A stretch of DNA of 64,000 nt. Source: Bdellovibrionales bacterium (GTDB lineage Bacteria > Bdellovibrionota > Bdellovibrionia > Bdellovibrionales > JAGQZY01). Below, in pieces: positions 10,275 through 20,303 of this stretch. The DNA lies in assembly GCA_964230645.1 (NCBI GenBank), contig CAXRHT010000003.1, positions 288,001 through 352,000 of the forward strand, given 5' to 3'. The number at the start of each line of letters is the position of its first letter. The first letter of the stretch is position 1. The notes below the pieces were generated by a model. It did not search any database. It was given only the letters and a program-made list of their open reading frames with translations, and had not been told where the DNA came from. Position numbers and translations under genes: made by a program.

Positions 10275-11615
10275 ATGAAATCTTCAACTCGTAAATTTAT
10301 TCAACTCGGTCTCGTTCTCTCCGTTTTTCTTGTCATCAGTGTGCAGATGGGTTCAAGTGCATTAGCCAAATCCCAAGATCATTATCTTAATTTGCAGTTA
10401 TTTGCCAAGGTGATGAATCTCGTACAGAAATATTACGTTGAAGATGTCGATACCAAAAAATTAATCTATGGCGGGATTAAGGGGATGTTGCAAGAGCTTG
10501 ATCCTCATACCAATTTCTTGCCTCCAGACATTTACGAGGAGTTTGAAAACGAAACCTCAGGAAAGTTCGGTGGTCTTGGTATTGAGATCACCGTGCAAGA
10601 TGGAATTTTGACCATTATATCACCGATCGAGGACACTCCCGCTTACAAAGCAGGGCTGCAAGCTGGTGATAAAATTGTTTCCATTGATGGCAATTCCACC
10701 AAGGGACTAAGTCTTGCCGAGTCGGCTCAGATGATGAGAGGAGACCGAGGTGAAAAAATCATCCTAGGAATTGTTAGAAATGGGGTGAAGGGTAAAAAGG
10801 ACTACAGTATTAAGCGCGACACCATCAAAATTAAGTCGGTCAAGTTCACTGATATGGGTGGCGGCTATGGTTACATCCGTTTAACGAGCTTCATTGAAAA
10901 TTCCGCTGATGACATTTCGAAAGTCTTAAAAAAGATGGCTAAAAATGACAATAAAATCAAAGGGGTGATTCTTGATCTCAGAAGAAATCCTGGGGGCCTA
11001 TTAGAGCAGGCTATTAAAATCAGTGACTTCTTTTTAGAAAAAGGTGTGATCGTCAGCACGATCGGTCGCGACAAAGAAAACAAAAAAGTGGTGAACGCCA
11101 GTAGTGAGGGAACTTATAAAGATTTTCCAGTCGTCGTTTTAATCAACGAGTACTCAGCCAGTGCCAGTGAAATCGTGGCCGGAGCCCTAAAAGATAATAA
11201 AAGAGCTTTGATTATGGGAAAAAGGTCTTTCGGAAAAGGCTCTGTGCAATCCGTAGTTAAAATGGGAGATGGTTCAGGTCTTAAAATGACAGTGGCGCGC
11301 TATTATACGCCTTCTGGTATATCCATTCAGGCCGAAGGGATCACTCCTGATGTTCGCATTGACGAAGTTGACAGCGAAGCCTTCAAAAAGGCCATCATTA
11401 ACCGCAAGGTAAAAAGAGAGGCCGACATTCAAGGTCACTTGATTGGTGAAAAAGAGAAAGAAAAGAAAGAAGAGTCCAGCGGCGGTATTTTCAACTGGTG
11501 GAGTAAATCCAACAAGAAAGCCGAAAAAGACTCAAAAGACGTTCTCCTCAACGACTTCCAAGTCCTCCAGGCCTACAACTACCTAAAAGCCTACAAGGTG
11601 ATGAAGGGGATTTAG
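10275..11615 (+). CDS. ctpA: Carboxyl-terminal processing protease, S41 family
   Basis: LDPHT, GGLGIEI (PDZ), DLRRNPGG, SASASEIVAG, FGKGSVQ. Confidence 0.93.
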   Translation: MKSSTRKFIQLGLVLSVFLVISVQMGSSALAKSQDHYLNLQLFAKVMNLVQKYYVEDVDTKKLIYGGIKGMLQELDPHTNFLPPDIYEEFENETSGKFGGLGIEITVQDGILTIISPIEDTPAYKAGLQAGDKIVSIDGNSTKGLSLAESAQMMRGDRGEKIILGIVRNGVKGKKDYSIKRDTIKIKSVKFTDMGGGYGYIRLTSFIENSADDISKVLKKMAKNDNKIKGVILDLRRNPGGLLEQAIKISDFFLEKGVIVSTIGRDKENKKVVNASSEGTYKDFPVVVLINEYSASASEIVAGALKDNKRALIMGKRSFGKGSVQSVVKMGDGSGLKMTVARYYTPSGISIQAEGITPDVRIDEVDSEAFKKAIINRKVKREADIQGHLIGEKEKEKKEESSGGIFNWWSKSNKKAEKDSKDVLLNDFQVLQAYNYLKAYKVMKGI

Positions 11616-11903
11616 TTCCTTTCATTTTGCAAAGATTCACGGTGCTCTTTCAAGCTGTAAGTCTTTAGAGGGTTGGGTGTCGGGCTTTCTCACCATTGAG
11701 TACCTGGAACGAATTCTTCCTGAGAGTATTGAAATCCTTATTTTCCTCAATCTTCACTTTTGATGTTAAAAGCGCACATGGTTGTGTAAAAAATCACTCA
11801 GGACCACCCGCCAGTTTTATAAAATTTGGTTATCCCATTGATCATTCCTGTTTATCCTTAAGGCACATTTATTCTGTAAAAGTTATTAAAGGAGAATTCT
11901 TTT

Positions 11904-13016
11904 ATGAAGAAGTATATCTTATTGCTTGCCGTACTTGGATTAACCGCTTGTGGGGATGACGATTCCTCAACTCCAGCAGCTGTTACTGCACCACCATCTT
12001 CTATTGATGGAGCTATTGATCTTTCAAGACAGAAGCTAGGCGAGCTCGTTCCTGATACCTCTGAAATATCTACGGCATCGCTAAACGCGCGCACAGCATT
12101 TGGAAATGACTGGGAAGATGGAAACTACGCTCTTGGGGGTGATTTCGGAAACAGCCCAAGAAATTTTGTTCGAGCTCAGGGAGACGAAGATGCCCAGAGC
12201 AATTTAATGTTTCGTCTTGATCAAATGATGGATAACCTTTGTATTTTTAATGTCGCTCTTCCAAACACTGACGGAGTTCCTGATCTTTCGGGGGGTAACC
12301 AGATTGTGACACTCACAGCTGCAGTTAAACAGCAGATCGTGAGTGAGTGTGGCGTTTCCTCTGGAGACTTGCCTCCCGATGACACTGATGTGGGATACTA
12401 TGTTTCTGATATCTCTGGAGAGACCGATTCAATGTTTCAGAGAGAAGCTGGCTTCGATATGAGTGGCGGAACGTCTTTCCACAGCTTTTTTAGGTTTACA
12501 ATTAGTGATTCAGTTATGAGGATGTCCTATATTGCCGATGAAGGAAATGTTTCAGCGGGCTTTCTTGAGTATGATGTCACAGCTCAGGTTTTCCGATTTG
12601 AGTTTAGTGAAGAGGCAGCCGCACCCTTTGCGCTTCACTTTCGTGGAACTCTTCAAGACACCACAAACTTGGGAAGATTTGTTGCTATCATAACCGATAA
12701 AACAGATACCTCCTCAGCTGTAGTTTCAATCAACGAAGGTAATGGTGATCAGGTTCATGTTTCGTACTCATACGACGACGACGCTGACACCAATGATTTG
12801 CCAAGTGCCTCTGCCTGCATCAGTGGTGTAGATATGTCAATTGCGGCCGATGATGCTACTTCGTGTAGTAATGGAATCACAGGTGCTGATGTGGCTGATG
12901 TGTCGATAGATATGACAACTATAATATCTGGAACCTATTTTAACAGTCTTGATGAGACTACTTTTATCCAGTTCTCTGACTTTTCTGATATTATGACAGC
13001 CGCTGCTGCCAACTAA
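11904..13016 (+). CDS. Acidic hypothetical lipoprotein
   Basis: AAGGAG RBS, lipobox LTAC, 370-aa ORF, own terminator. Confidence 0.75.
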   Translation: MKKYILLLAVLGLTACGDDDSSTPAAVTAPPSSIDGAIDLSRQKLGELVPDTSEISTASLNARTAFGNDWEDGNYALGGDFGNSPRNFVRAQGDEDAQSNLMFRLDQMMDNLCIFNVALPNTDGVPDLSGGNQIVTLTAAVKQQIVSECGVSSGDLPPDDTDVGYYVSDISGETDSMFQREAGFDMSGGTSFHSFFRFTISDSVMRMSYIADEGNVSAGFLEYDVTAQVFRFEFSEEAAAPFALHFRGTLQDTTNLGRFVAIITDKTDTSSAVVSINEGNGDQVHVSYSYDDDADTNDLPSASACISGVDMSIAADDATSCSNGITGADVADVSIDMTTIISGTYFNSLDETTFIQFSDFSDIMTAAAAN

Positions 13017-13043
13017 TATTGGATACTTAAAAATTCATTTTAC

Positions 13044-13073
13044 AAAAGCCCACAGATTCCGTGGGCTTTTTTT
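13044..13073 (+). terminator. Intrinsic terminator
   Basis: aaaagcccac-agattcc-gtgggc followed by a T-run. Confidence 0.85.
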
Positions 13074-13202
13074 ATGCCCACAGGATCTTTCTGAGTTTAG
13101 AGGTCCTAGTCTAAGGTCCAGACATAGAGGGTTATTAGTGTTCCTGGAGCTTTTATCGGTAGTAGCCTGAGAGTCCCTAGCTTATGGGGCCTTGGAGGGT
13201 TT

Positions 13203-13559
13203 ATGTGGATTTTGGTTTCATCTCTTTTGATTGCACTTAGCTGGGGAGCTCCCACTAAAGTTCGCATTGATTCCAAGCTTCTTGTTGGAGGGGAAAAAGT
13301 AGCTTCACCCAGGATATTTGCCAACGAGGGTAGAAAGTCGAAAATTGTCATGAATGACGGGGGTAAGGAGTATAGCCTCGAAGTTCTTCCCCAGGACATT
13401 GATCAAAAGAAAGTAAACCTAAAGTACTCCCTCAGTATTCGCGACCGAAATTTAGAAACTCTTACTCGTGGTTCGATACGGATACCCCAAAATAAAAGCG
13501 GCCTTATATCTTTAGATAAAGGCCGCATTAAAGTGTTTTTAAAAATCAAAGAAAGTTAG
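13203..13559 (+). CDS. Small secreted hypothetical protein
   Basis: GGAGG RBS, signal peptide MWILVSSLLIALSWG, beta-rich body. Confidence 0.65.
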   Translation: MWILVSSLLIALSWGAPTKVRIDSKLLVGGEKVASPRIFANEGRKSKIVMNDGGKEYSLEVLPQDIDQKKVNLKYSLSIRDRNLETLTRGSIRIPQNKSGLISLDKGRIKVFLKIKES

Positions 13560-14887
13560 GCTTTTTCCTCTTCTTTCTTTTCTTCTTTTTCGAGCTCTTC
13601 TTTAGAGACCTCTTCCACTTTGGCTTTGTCTAAAAGAAATTTAAACACTTTGTCCTCAGTCACTTGGAACTCGAGATTGGCATGTTGTTGACCCTGTTTG
13701 TAGAACTCTTTGACTTTAGAGAGATCAAGACCGGTTTGATCGGCAAACTCTTGCATCTTTGCCTCTACATCCTCGGACTTGGCGTTGAGGTCATGCTCTT
13801 TAGCAATCTTTTGAATCAAGAGAGCTGAGCGAACCATGAAGTCAGCGGTTTCAGAAAAGTCCTCTTCCCATTTTTCTTGGTAGGCGGCAAATTCATCAGC
13901 ACCAATTCCTTGGCTTTGCATACGATTTTTGAAATCATCAACAAGAGCTGAGCGCTGCTCTTTGATCAAAGTTTCAGGGACATCAAAAGGATTGGCTTTA
14001 ACCATGGATTTGAAAAGACGATTTTTGGTCTCTTGCTCCACGCGTTTCTCTTCGCCTTCGACGATGTCTTTTTTAAGCTGGTCTTTAAAAGCAGCCACAG
14101 TTTCGTGCTCACCCATTTTTTTAACGAACTCATCGTCAAGCTCGGGCTTTACCTTTTGTTTGATTTTGTTGAGAGTCACTTCAAACTGAACAGGTTTTCC
14201 TTTCAGGTGCTCAACATGGTAATCATCTGGGAATTTTAGGGAAACGGTTTTGCTGTCTCCTGGCTTCATACCGATTAAAGCGGTTTCAAACCCAGGGATA
14301 AAAGAATCCGAACCAATTTCAAGTACGTGTCCTTGAGCAGCCCCATTTTCAAGCGGCTCTCCGTCCATCATTCCTTTAAAATCGATATCAGCGTAATCAC
14401 CCTCTTTAAGCTCGCGGATCAGTACAACATCTTCCATGCTGGCCTGATTTTCCAGAATCTGCTCAATATTTTTTTCCACCTGCTCGTCGGTGATTTCTAC
14501 TTTCTCTTTTTTAACTTCGAGCCCTTCTACTTTCTTAAGCTCGATATCAGGCTGCACTTCGAATTTCGCGGAGAAAGAAAATTCTTTGTCCTCTTCCGGA
14601 TTTTGAAAATCGATATCAGGCATTCCCACAGGGACCACATCGTGCTCCTTAAGGGCTTTGAAATAAAAATTTTGTACCAAGTTTTGAGCCACATCGCCCT
14701 TGATTTTATCGGTGTAAAGACTGCGAATGGTGGCAATTGGAGTTTTGCCTTTGCGGTAGCCTTTGATTTCGACATTTTTTTGTAAATATTTGAAAGCATT
14801 AGTGAATTCTGTATTCACCTCGTCTTTAGGGATCTGAATGTTAAGCTTTCTTTCCAAATTAGAAATATTTTCGATATCTGATTTCAT
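13556..14887 (-). CDS. tig: Trigger factor
   Basis: Ribosome-binding GYRKGK motif, FKBP domain (FIPGFE, FPDDYH). Confidence 0.95.
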   Translation of the reverse strand: MKSDIENISNLERKLNIQIPKDEVNTEFTNAFKYLQKNVEIKGYRKGKTPIATIRSLYTDKIKGDVAQNLVQNFYFKALKEHDVVPVGMPDIDFQNPEEDKEFSFSAKFEVQPDIELKKVEGLEVKKEKVEITDEQVEKNIEQILENQASMEDVVLIRELKEGDYADIDFKGMMDGEPLENGAAQGHVLEIGSDSFIPGFETALIGMKPGDSKTVSLKFPDDYHVEHLKGKPVQFEVTLNKIKQKVKPELDDEFVKKMGEHETVAAFKDQLKKDIVEGEEKRVEQETKNRLFKSMVKANPFDVPETLIKEQRSALVDDFKNRMQSQGIGADEFAAYQEKWEEDFSETADFMVRSALLIQKIAKEHDLNAKSEDVEAKMQEFADQTGLDLSKVKEFYKQGQQHANLEFQVTEDKVFKFLLDKAKVEEVSKEELEKEEKKEEEKA

Positions 14888-15005
14888 ATAACTCGCTCCG
14901 TTAAATTCAGTGGAATATAGGGTAAGAGATGCGTAAAATCAAGGAATTCAAAGCATTTACTTCCCTTACAGGGCAGTGGTAATAAGGTCCCTGAAAGAGG
15001 CTCAC

Positions 15006-15857
15006 GTGGATTTTAAAAAGCTCATATTTATAAGCGGAAAAGGGGGGACGGGTAAGACCACCCTGGCTCTGATTGTGGCTCGGCATTTGGCTCTACAGTC
15101 CAAAAAAGTCCTTTTCGTTGAGCTTTCACCCCGAAGTTCGGCCCAGAGTTTACTTAATTTAGAGCAAGGTCCAAACTACCAACCTTCAAAGACCCCTTTC
15201 GGTTTTGATTGGAGTTTGATGCAGGGAAAAGACTGCCTGGTTGAGTATATTAGCTCCTTTACGGGCGTGGAAAAAATCACCCAAAAGGTCTTTGATTCAA
15301 GTGTCATAAAAACATTGGTGAATGTGGCTCCGGGTCTCAATGATCTGGCTGTCCTTGGAAAGTTGACCAGTGGCATGAGAGAGCATGGTCCTTCTTTTGA
15401 CTACGATCATATTGTTGTGGACGCGCACAGTACGGGAAGTTTTCAATCCCTCATCAATGCTCCCAAGCTTCTTGGTCGAAGCGTTTCTACGGGACCATTG
15501 AAATCCCAAAGTGAAAAAATTGATGAGGTGCTAAAAGACGCAAACCTTGTGCAATATTTTTTCATGGGTCTTTTTGAGTCTCTCCCCATGGATGAGCTGG
15601 AAGATACGTTGGCCGAATTTGGTGAAAGTTTCAAAGAGGGCATTACCGTGTTGATGAACAAACGCCTGCCGATTGATGAGAGCCACAGTGAAAACTCACT
15701 TTGGAAAAATTTTATTGAATCTCAATTGCGTGAGCAGAAAAAACAACGGGAACGCGTCAAAGATTTATGGGATTCTGTAGTCTCACAAGACCTTATTACA
15801 ATCGCACTTTCTGATTACCTTAAAAAACAACAAGGAGAATGGTTACGGCCTCTATAG
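15006..15857 (+). CDS. ArsA/Get3-like ATPase, first of a pair
   Basis: GKGGTGKTT deviant Walker A, APGL, VVDAHSTG. GTG at 15006 with AGAGG RBS is preferred over 14976. Confidence 0.8.
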   Translation: MDFKKLIFISGKGGTGKTTLALIVARHLALQSKKVLFVELSPRSSAQSLLNLEQGPNYQPSKTPFGFDWSLMQGKDCLVEYISSFTGVEKITQKVFDSSVIKTLVNVAPGLNDLAVLGKLTSGMREHGPSFDYDHIVVDAHSTGSFQSLINAPKLLGRSVSTGPLKSQSEKIDEVLKDANLVQYFFMGLFESLPMDELEDTLAEFGESFKEGITVLMNKRLPIDESHSENSLWKNFIESQLREQKKQRERVKDLWDSVVSQDLITIALSDYLKKQQGEWLRPL

Positions 15858-16915
15858 ATGAACGACTGAAATCGTGTGACCTCCTTACCTTTATTGGCAC
15901 CGGCGGTGTGGGTAAAACATCCCTGTCTGTTGTAACAGCCTTGCGTGCCGCTCAAAATGGCCGACGAGTGGCCGCTATTACTATTGATCCTTCAAGGCGT
16001 CTGACTCATTTATTGGGAATGCAAAGTGAGAGTGAAGGGGAGAATGTACAAACCATACAGTGGGATGGGCTTTCCGGAAGTTTAGACCTCTATTTCGTTG
16101 ATCCTGAAAAAGTGTTTCAAGAATTTGTCTCCAGCCACATCGGCGAGAGCATGTATGAAAAGCTCTCTCGTAATGGCATCTATAAACAGATTTCTAAAAA
16201 CTTGCGAGAAACTCATAACTTTGCGGCCCTATATAAGATGGTCGAGGTGTTCAAAAATGATGAGTACGACCTAGTGGTTCTTGATACTCCTCCCAGCAAC
16301 CAAGTGATTGAATTTTTTGAATCGCCTAAAAGATTGCAAAAGTTTTTCTCCAATCAATCGGAAGGGGAGAAAGCCAATTGGTTGGACTGGATTCAAAGCA
16401 AGAGCTTAAAATTGGCCGAAGGCTTTATGAAAAAAATGGTGGGTGGGGAGTTTGTCTCAGAGATGAATCATTTTTTCTCGGCTGTGGGGTCTTTGCGATC
16501 AGATATCGGCAAGGTGACCGATATTTTTTTGGAAAATATGAATCGAAGCACTTCCTACCTTCTTTTGGTGTATCCACCTTCGCTCGATAAGATTGAGGAT
16601 GCTCGTTACTTAATGGCAGAGATGAGTAAAAACCAATTCTCGGTGAATGAATTTGTTATGAATAGGGCCTATCTCAATGTGCTCGACCAAAGTCAGGAGC
16701 CGGGGCTAGCGCAAGACTCTGAAGAGTTAAAATTATACAATTACTTTATGAAAATGAAAGAGCGAGGACATGCTCAAATCAATGAATTAAAAACAGAATT
16801 GAGCAGCCACGATTTAACCTTCTCAATGATTCCAGAGATCAAGACCAATCTGGAATCAACGGATGATATAATGAATTTCGTTAGAAAAATGGATGAGAAC
16901 TGGAGTGTGGTTTGA
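15839..16915 (+). CDS. ArsA/Get3-like ATPase, second of a pair
   Basis: GTGGVGKTS, TIDPSRRL, YDLVVLDTPP motifs. Confidence 0.82.
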   Translation: MVTASIDERLKSCDLLTFIGTGGVGKTSLSVVTALRAAQNGRRVAAITIDPSRRLTHLLGMQSESEGENVQTIQWDGLSGSLDLYFVDPEKVFQEFVSSHIGESMYEKLSRNGIYKQISKNLRETHNFAALYKMVEVFKNDEYDLVVLDTPPSNQVIEFFESPKRLQKFFSNQSEGEKANWLDWIQSKSLKLAEGFMKKMVGGEFVSEMNHFFSAVGSLRSDIGKVTDIFLENMNRSTSYLLLVYPPSLDKIEDARYLMAEMSKNQFSVNEFVMNRAYLNVLDQSQEPGLAQDSEELKLYNYFMKMKERGHAQINELKTELSSHDLTFSMIPEIKTNLESTDDIMNFVRKMDENWSVV

Positions 16916-18141
16916 GCAGAGTGGGGGTGGGGAAAAAAGCCTTAGTTTGGATTCTTTCTACACTTCTTTTTGTAGGCTGTGCCACTTTTTTTAAAGAAGA
17001 AGAGGAAAAGAAAAATACCCAGCTTGATTATCCGCAAGAGTTAGAAGGGGTTCAAGACCTCTACGTTGCCGGGCGCCCGGTCGATGCTCTTTCAAAATTG
17101 GATCAGTTCGTTAACGACTCAGAAAAGATTCACTGGTTTGGCCACGCTTACTTTTTAAAAGCTTATATTTACGAGTCCACAGGTGAGCTTGATAAAGCAA
17201 TTAAAATGTACCGCGAAGCCATCGACCATGGCAGCCAGTACGAGAGCGAAGTGGAGGCTAAGGCTCTATATAATCTTTCCTATGTCTATGAAAGAATAGG
17301 AGAGATGCAAAAGATGTTGGTTTCGTTAGTGGACCTTTCAAAACGAAAAAAGTTTTTTAGCCCTTTTATAGCGAGAGTAGAAATCCCGGCCAGATTAGCG
17401 GCTGTTTATGCTTCAATGGGGCGCCTTGAGTTAGCCCAAGGCATTCATGAGGATGCTAAGGACCATTACGAGAAAATGATTCGAAGAAATCAGTTGCCAA
17501 GCACGCCTGAGGAGCACAGTAAAATTTTATTTTATCTGGGTCTGTCTTCTTTCGATCAAAACGATGAAAACTTTACGACACTCCTTCCAAAATTAAGGAA
17601 GGGACAGAAATATTACCTTTATTCGGCCGAGGCTTCTAACAGTCCGTGGGCAAAAAGGTCGAGAGAAAGGTTGAGAAATCAATACGCCAAGCTTTGGGGA
17701 TTTATTCTGAATTATGAACCTAAAAACTTGAATCACGATTCGTTAGCCTTCAGTCGTAACAAACAGGAAAAGCAACTAGACAGGGCGGCTGACATGTACG
17801 ATCTCATGTACCAACTACGCGCGGAAGAATTTCCGTTAGCTTCAGTGAATAAAAACTCAGGGAAAATAATGGCGATGAGTCAGGATTGGTTAGAGAAGAT
17901 TGAAAAATTCACACTTGGTTTAGATTTAGGACCCGCCATGGTTCGCAATAAAAAGATCAGAAACAGACGACTTATTCGCTACGTGGAAGAAGAACAAAAG
18001 CCCGTGGTTATTAATAAAGAAAGCCAGCAAACTAAAAAGGCCCCTTCCAAGAAAAACTCAAATGACAGTAATACGGAAGGCAGTGCTCTTCCAGAGAAGG
18101 AAAGCTCTGAGAAGCCCATTGGCCAGGACCCCAATTTATGA
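16912..18141 (+). CDS. TPR-repeat lipoprotein
   Basis: Lipobox FVGC; helical repeats AYFLKAYIYE...A and ALYNLSYVYE. Confidence 0.72.
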   Translation: MSRVGVGKKALVWILSTLLFVGCATFFKEEEEKKNTQLDYPQELEGVQDLYVAGRPVDALSKLDQFVNDSEKIHWFGHAYFLKAYIYESTGELDKAIKMYREAIDHGSQYESEVEAKALYNLSYVYERIGEMQKMLVSLVDLSKRKKFFSPFIARVEIPARLAAVYASMGRLELAQGIHEDAKDHYEKMIRRNQLPSTPEEHSKILFYLGLSSFDQNDENFTTLLPKLRKGQKYYLYSAEASNSPWAKRSRERLRNQYAKLWGFILNYEPKNLNHDSLAFSRNKQEKQLDRAADMYDLMYQLRAEEFPLASVNKNSGKIMAMSQDWLEKIEKFTLGLDLGPAMVRNKKIRNRRLIRYVEEEQKPVVINKESQQTKKAPSKKNSNDSNTEGSALPEKESSEKPIGQDPNL

Positions 18142-18875
18142 ACCTTGTTACAAGGCTCAGTCGCGGATTCTTTAGCCCCCTAGAGGGAGCACGAATTATC
18201 TTCTCAAGTCCTAAAAATATGACATTTGCAGCGATTCCCTTTTTTATTGGTCTTATTTTTATTGTGTTGGGTTTTGCGGCGGCCTCTCAGTATCTCGACC
18301 CTTGGATTCAGGGGTGGTTGGACTCATTTGAAACTTTACAGGATTGGCCCACCATCAAACCCATAATTAATTTCTTAGCTTTGTTACTCACTTGGCTTTT
18401 GGTTTCTATCGTTAATTTTATTGCCGGTTATATATGTATCATCGTTGTTGGAGGTCCCTTCTACGCTCTGATGGTCGAGGGAATATTTAAAAGAGAATTG
18501 AATGACCAAAAAAGCCGAGGAACATGGAAGCTCATGCTGTCGATGCTTTTGATCTCGTTGCTGAAAATTGTTGTATTTGCTTTTATAGGCCTCATTTGCT
18601 TTTTGTTGGCTTTTATCCCTGGCCTTAACATTTTTACAAGCTTTGCTCTTGTGCTGCTGGTCGCCTTTGATTGCACTGATTATGCCTTTGAAGTGGATTA
18701 TTTAAATCTCAGACAAAGATTTCGCTTTCTCCTCTCTCATATTGTGGAATTTTCAGGATTAGGGTTGGCTATATTAGCGACTGGAGTTTTACCTGGTTCT
18801 TTTTTTGTGCTGCTACCGATCTTTATTTGTGGCGCAACAAAAATGTATATTCAACTCAGTCGTAATACTGTTTAA
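18138..18875 (+). CDS. EI24/CysZ-like membrane protein
   Basis: Multiple TM helices; GGPFYALMVE, FIPGLN and DCTDY motifs resemble the EI24/CysZ family. Confidence 0.72.
   Translation: MNLVTRLSRGFFSPLEGARIIFSSPKNMTFAAIPFFIGLIFIVLGFAAASQYLDPWIQGWLDSFETLQDWPTIKPIINFLALLLTWLLVSIVNFIAGYICIIVVGGPFYALMVEGIFKRELNDQKSRGTWKLMLSMLLISLLKIVVFAFIGLICFLLAFIPGLNIFTSFALVLLVAFDCTDYAFEVDYLNLRQRFRFLLSHIVEFSGLGLAILATGVLPGSFFVLLPIFICGATKMYIQLSRNTV
18815..18875 (+). repeat. 61-bp direct repeat, copy 1 (3' end of the EI24-like gene)
   Basis: Identical 47-bp core at 18819-18865 and 20240-20286; 4 mismatches over 61 bp. Confidence 0.92.
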
Positions 18876-18894
18876 GCTAAATATTCGACATGGC

Positions 18895-20040
18895 TTATTC
18901 GAAAAGTATTCCTAAAAATTGTGTGTCTGAAAAATCATCATTATCTTCTTCGGTCTGTCTAAGGATAATCAGATTTTTTGACGGCACCATATACATACGG
19001 TTTTTGCCGGCTCCCATACAGCTGTAAATGTCATTGAGACCATCATGATAAATCATTCCACCTGGTGCATCTTTTGGTGCCGAATCAAAAGGAAAAATTC
19101 CAAAACCTCCATTGGTGTTTAACCAGATAAATAGGCCGTGTCCCGGATTGGTTGATGCTGGTTCCAGTAACTCTTCAAACAAGCGACTGTCTACAAGTTG
19201 TTGTCCTTGCCATTTTCCTTTTTGCAACAAGAACTGTCCCCATTTAATCCAATTCCTTGGCGTGATAAAAGCGCCATTCGGAATATGAGGATTTCCGACA
19301 TCGTCGTGAACCCAGTCACTGTATTCAATGCCAATTGGAATAAAAAACTTTTTATTTAGGTAATCAAGGGGGCCAGTGTATTGGCCCCCTGCCTGTTGTA
19401 AAACTCGTGCCATGATCGCTCCCATAACGTAGAAGTTAACAGGCCCGTAGGAAAAACGGGTGCCTGGGGCTCGGACCAGATTGACATTATTGACGGCGTG
19501 ATAATAGAGATCGGGCGCAGCTGGGTCTGTTCCTTGTAGGTTGTCAATGTCGTTGCTTAAACCAGAGGACAACTGCATAATTTGACGAATTGTAATGTTT
19601 CCCTTAGCTGTTCCCTGCCACTCTTCCAGAATATCTGAGGCTTTTTGATCGAATCCTTCCAATAAACCCTCTTGAATCATTCGAGCCACTACGACTCCCC
19701 AGAAGCCCTTAGTTGCGCTATGCAAATGTGAAGAAGTCTGGAGGTTTGAATCACCATGGTATTCTTCAAAGACAATCTCGCCCTCTTGCATCGCCAATAC
19801 GCCAAGTCCATTGAAGGAAGCTGAATAGGCCGAAGCTTCGGAATAATTGAAAACCTCTTTAGTCGGAGGAATTACATCACCTTCGTCATTTTGAGGGGAA
19901 TTAGTTGGTTCATCCAATAAGGGGCTACGAGATAGGTCACCACAGCCACTTCCAATGATTAAAATCAAAAGCAAGCAACAAGCTCCCAGAAATTGGTGTA
20001 ATATTCTCAAATGGTGAATAATTGACTCTCGAAACATCAT
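18895..20040 (-). CDS. Serine hydrolase, beta-lactamase/class C-like, probable lipoprotein
   Basis: SxxK (SATK), PGTRFSYG, ITIRQIMQLSSGL, LLQKGKWQGQQLV; lipobox-like IGSGC. Confidence 0.85.
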   Translation of the reverse strand: MMFRESIIHHLRILHQFLGACCLLLILIIGSGCGDLSRSPLLDEPTNSPQNDEGDVIPPTKEVFNYSEASAYSASFNGLGVLAMQEGEIVFEEYHGDSNLQTSSHLHSATKGFWGVVVARMIQEGLLEGFDQKASDILEEWQGTAKGNITIRQIMQLSSGLSNDIDNLQGTDPAAPDLYYHAVNNVNLVRAPGTRFSYGPVNFYVMGAIMARVLQQAGGQYTGPLDYLNKKFFIPIGIEYSDWVHDDVGNPHIPNGAFITPRNWIKWGQFLLQKGKWQGQQLVDSRLFEELLEPASTNPGHGLFIWLNTNGGFGIFPFDSAPKDAPGGMIYHDGLNDIYSCMGAGKNRMYMVPSKNLIILRQTEEDNDDFSDTQFLGILFE

Positions 20041-20235
20041 TTTCCCCTCATTTTATACTTGTCGGTTCATTGAATAGTAAACGGCTGGGTGAGAGGAAAG
20101 TTGCGTTTCAAAATGAGAAAATCGAACTAAAAACCTAAAAATTATTTCATTGCGTGATATCGGTACTTTAGAAGTTTTTAATAAAAGATCAGAGACCTCT
20201 ACATAAAGTATTTTTGCAGCTCCTTTTACCCGCGG

Positions 20236-20296
20236 ACCAATCTTTATTTGTGGCGCAACAAAAATGTATATTCAACTCAGTCGTAAAACGGTATAA
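20236..20296 (+). repeat. 61-bp direct repeat, copy 2 (displaced gene end, just upstream of gshA)
   Basis: See copy 1. Ends in TAA 7 bp before the gshA ATG. Confidence 0.92.
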
Positions 20297-20303
20297 ACGG
20301 GCC

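Noticed and set aside
15006..16915. Arsenic resistance operon
   Set aside because: No arsR, arsB/acr3, arsC or arsD nearby, and no obvious metalloid-binding Cys set.
20214..20303. N-terminal extension of GshA in the ORF track
   Set aside because: It is an out-of-frame read through the duplicated EI24 gene end; ATG 20304 is the plausible start.
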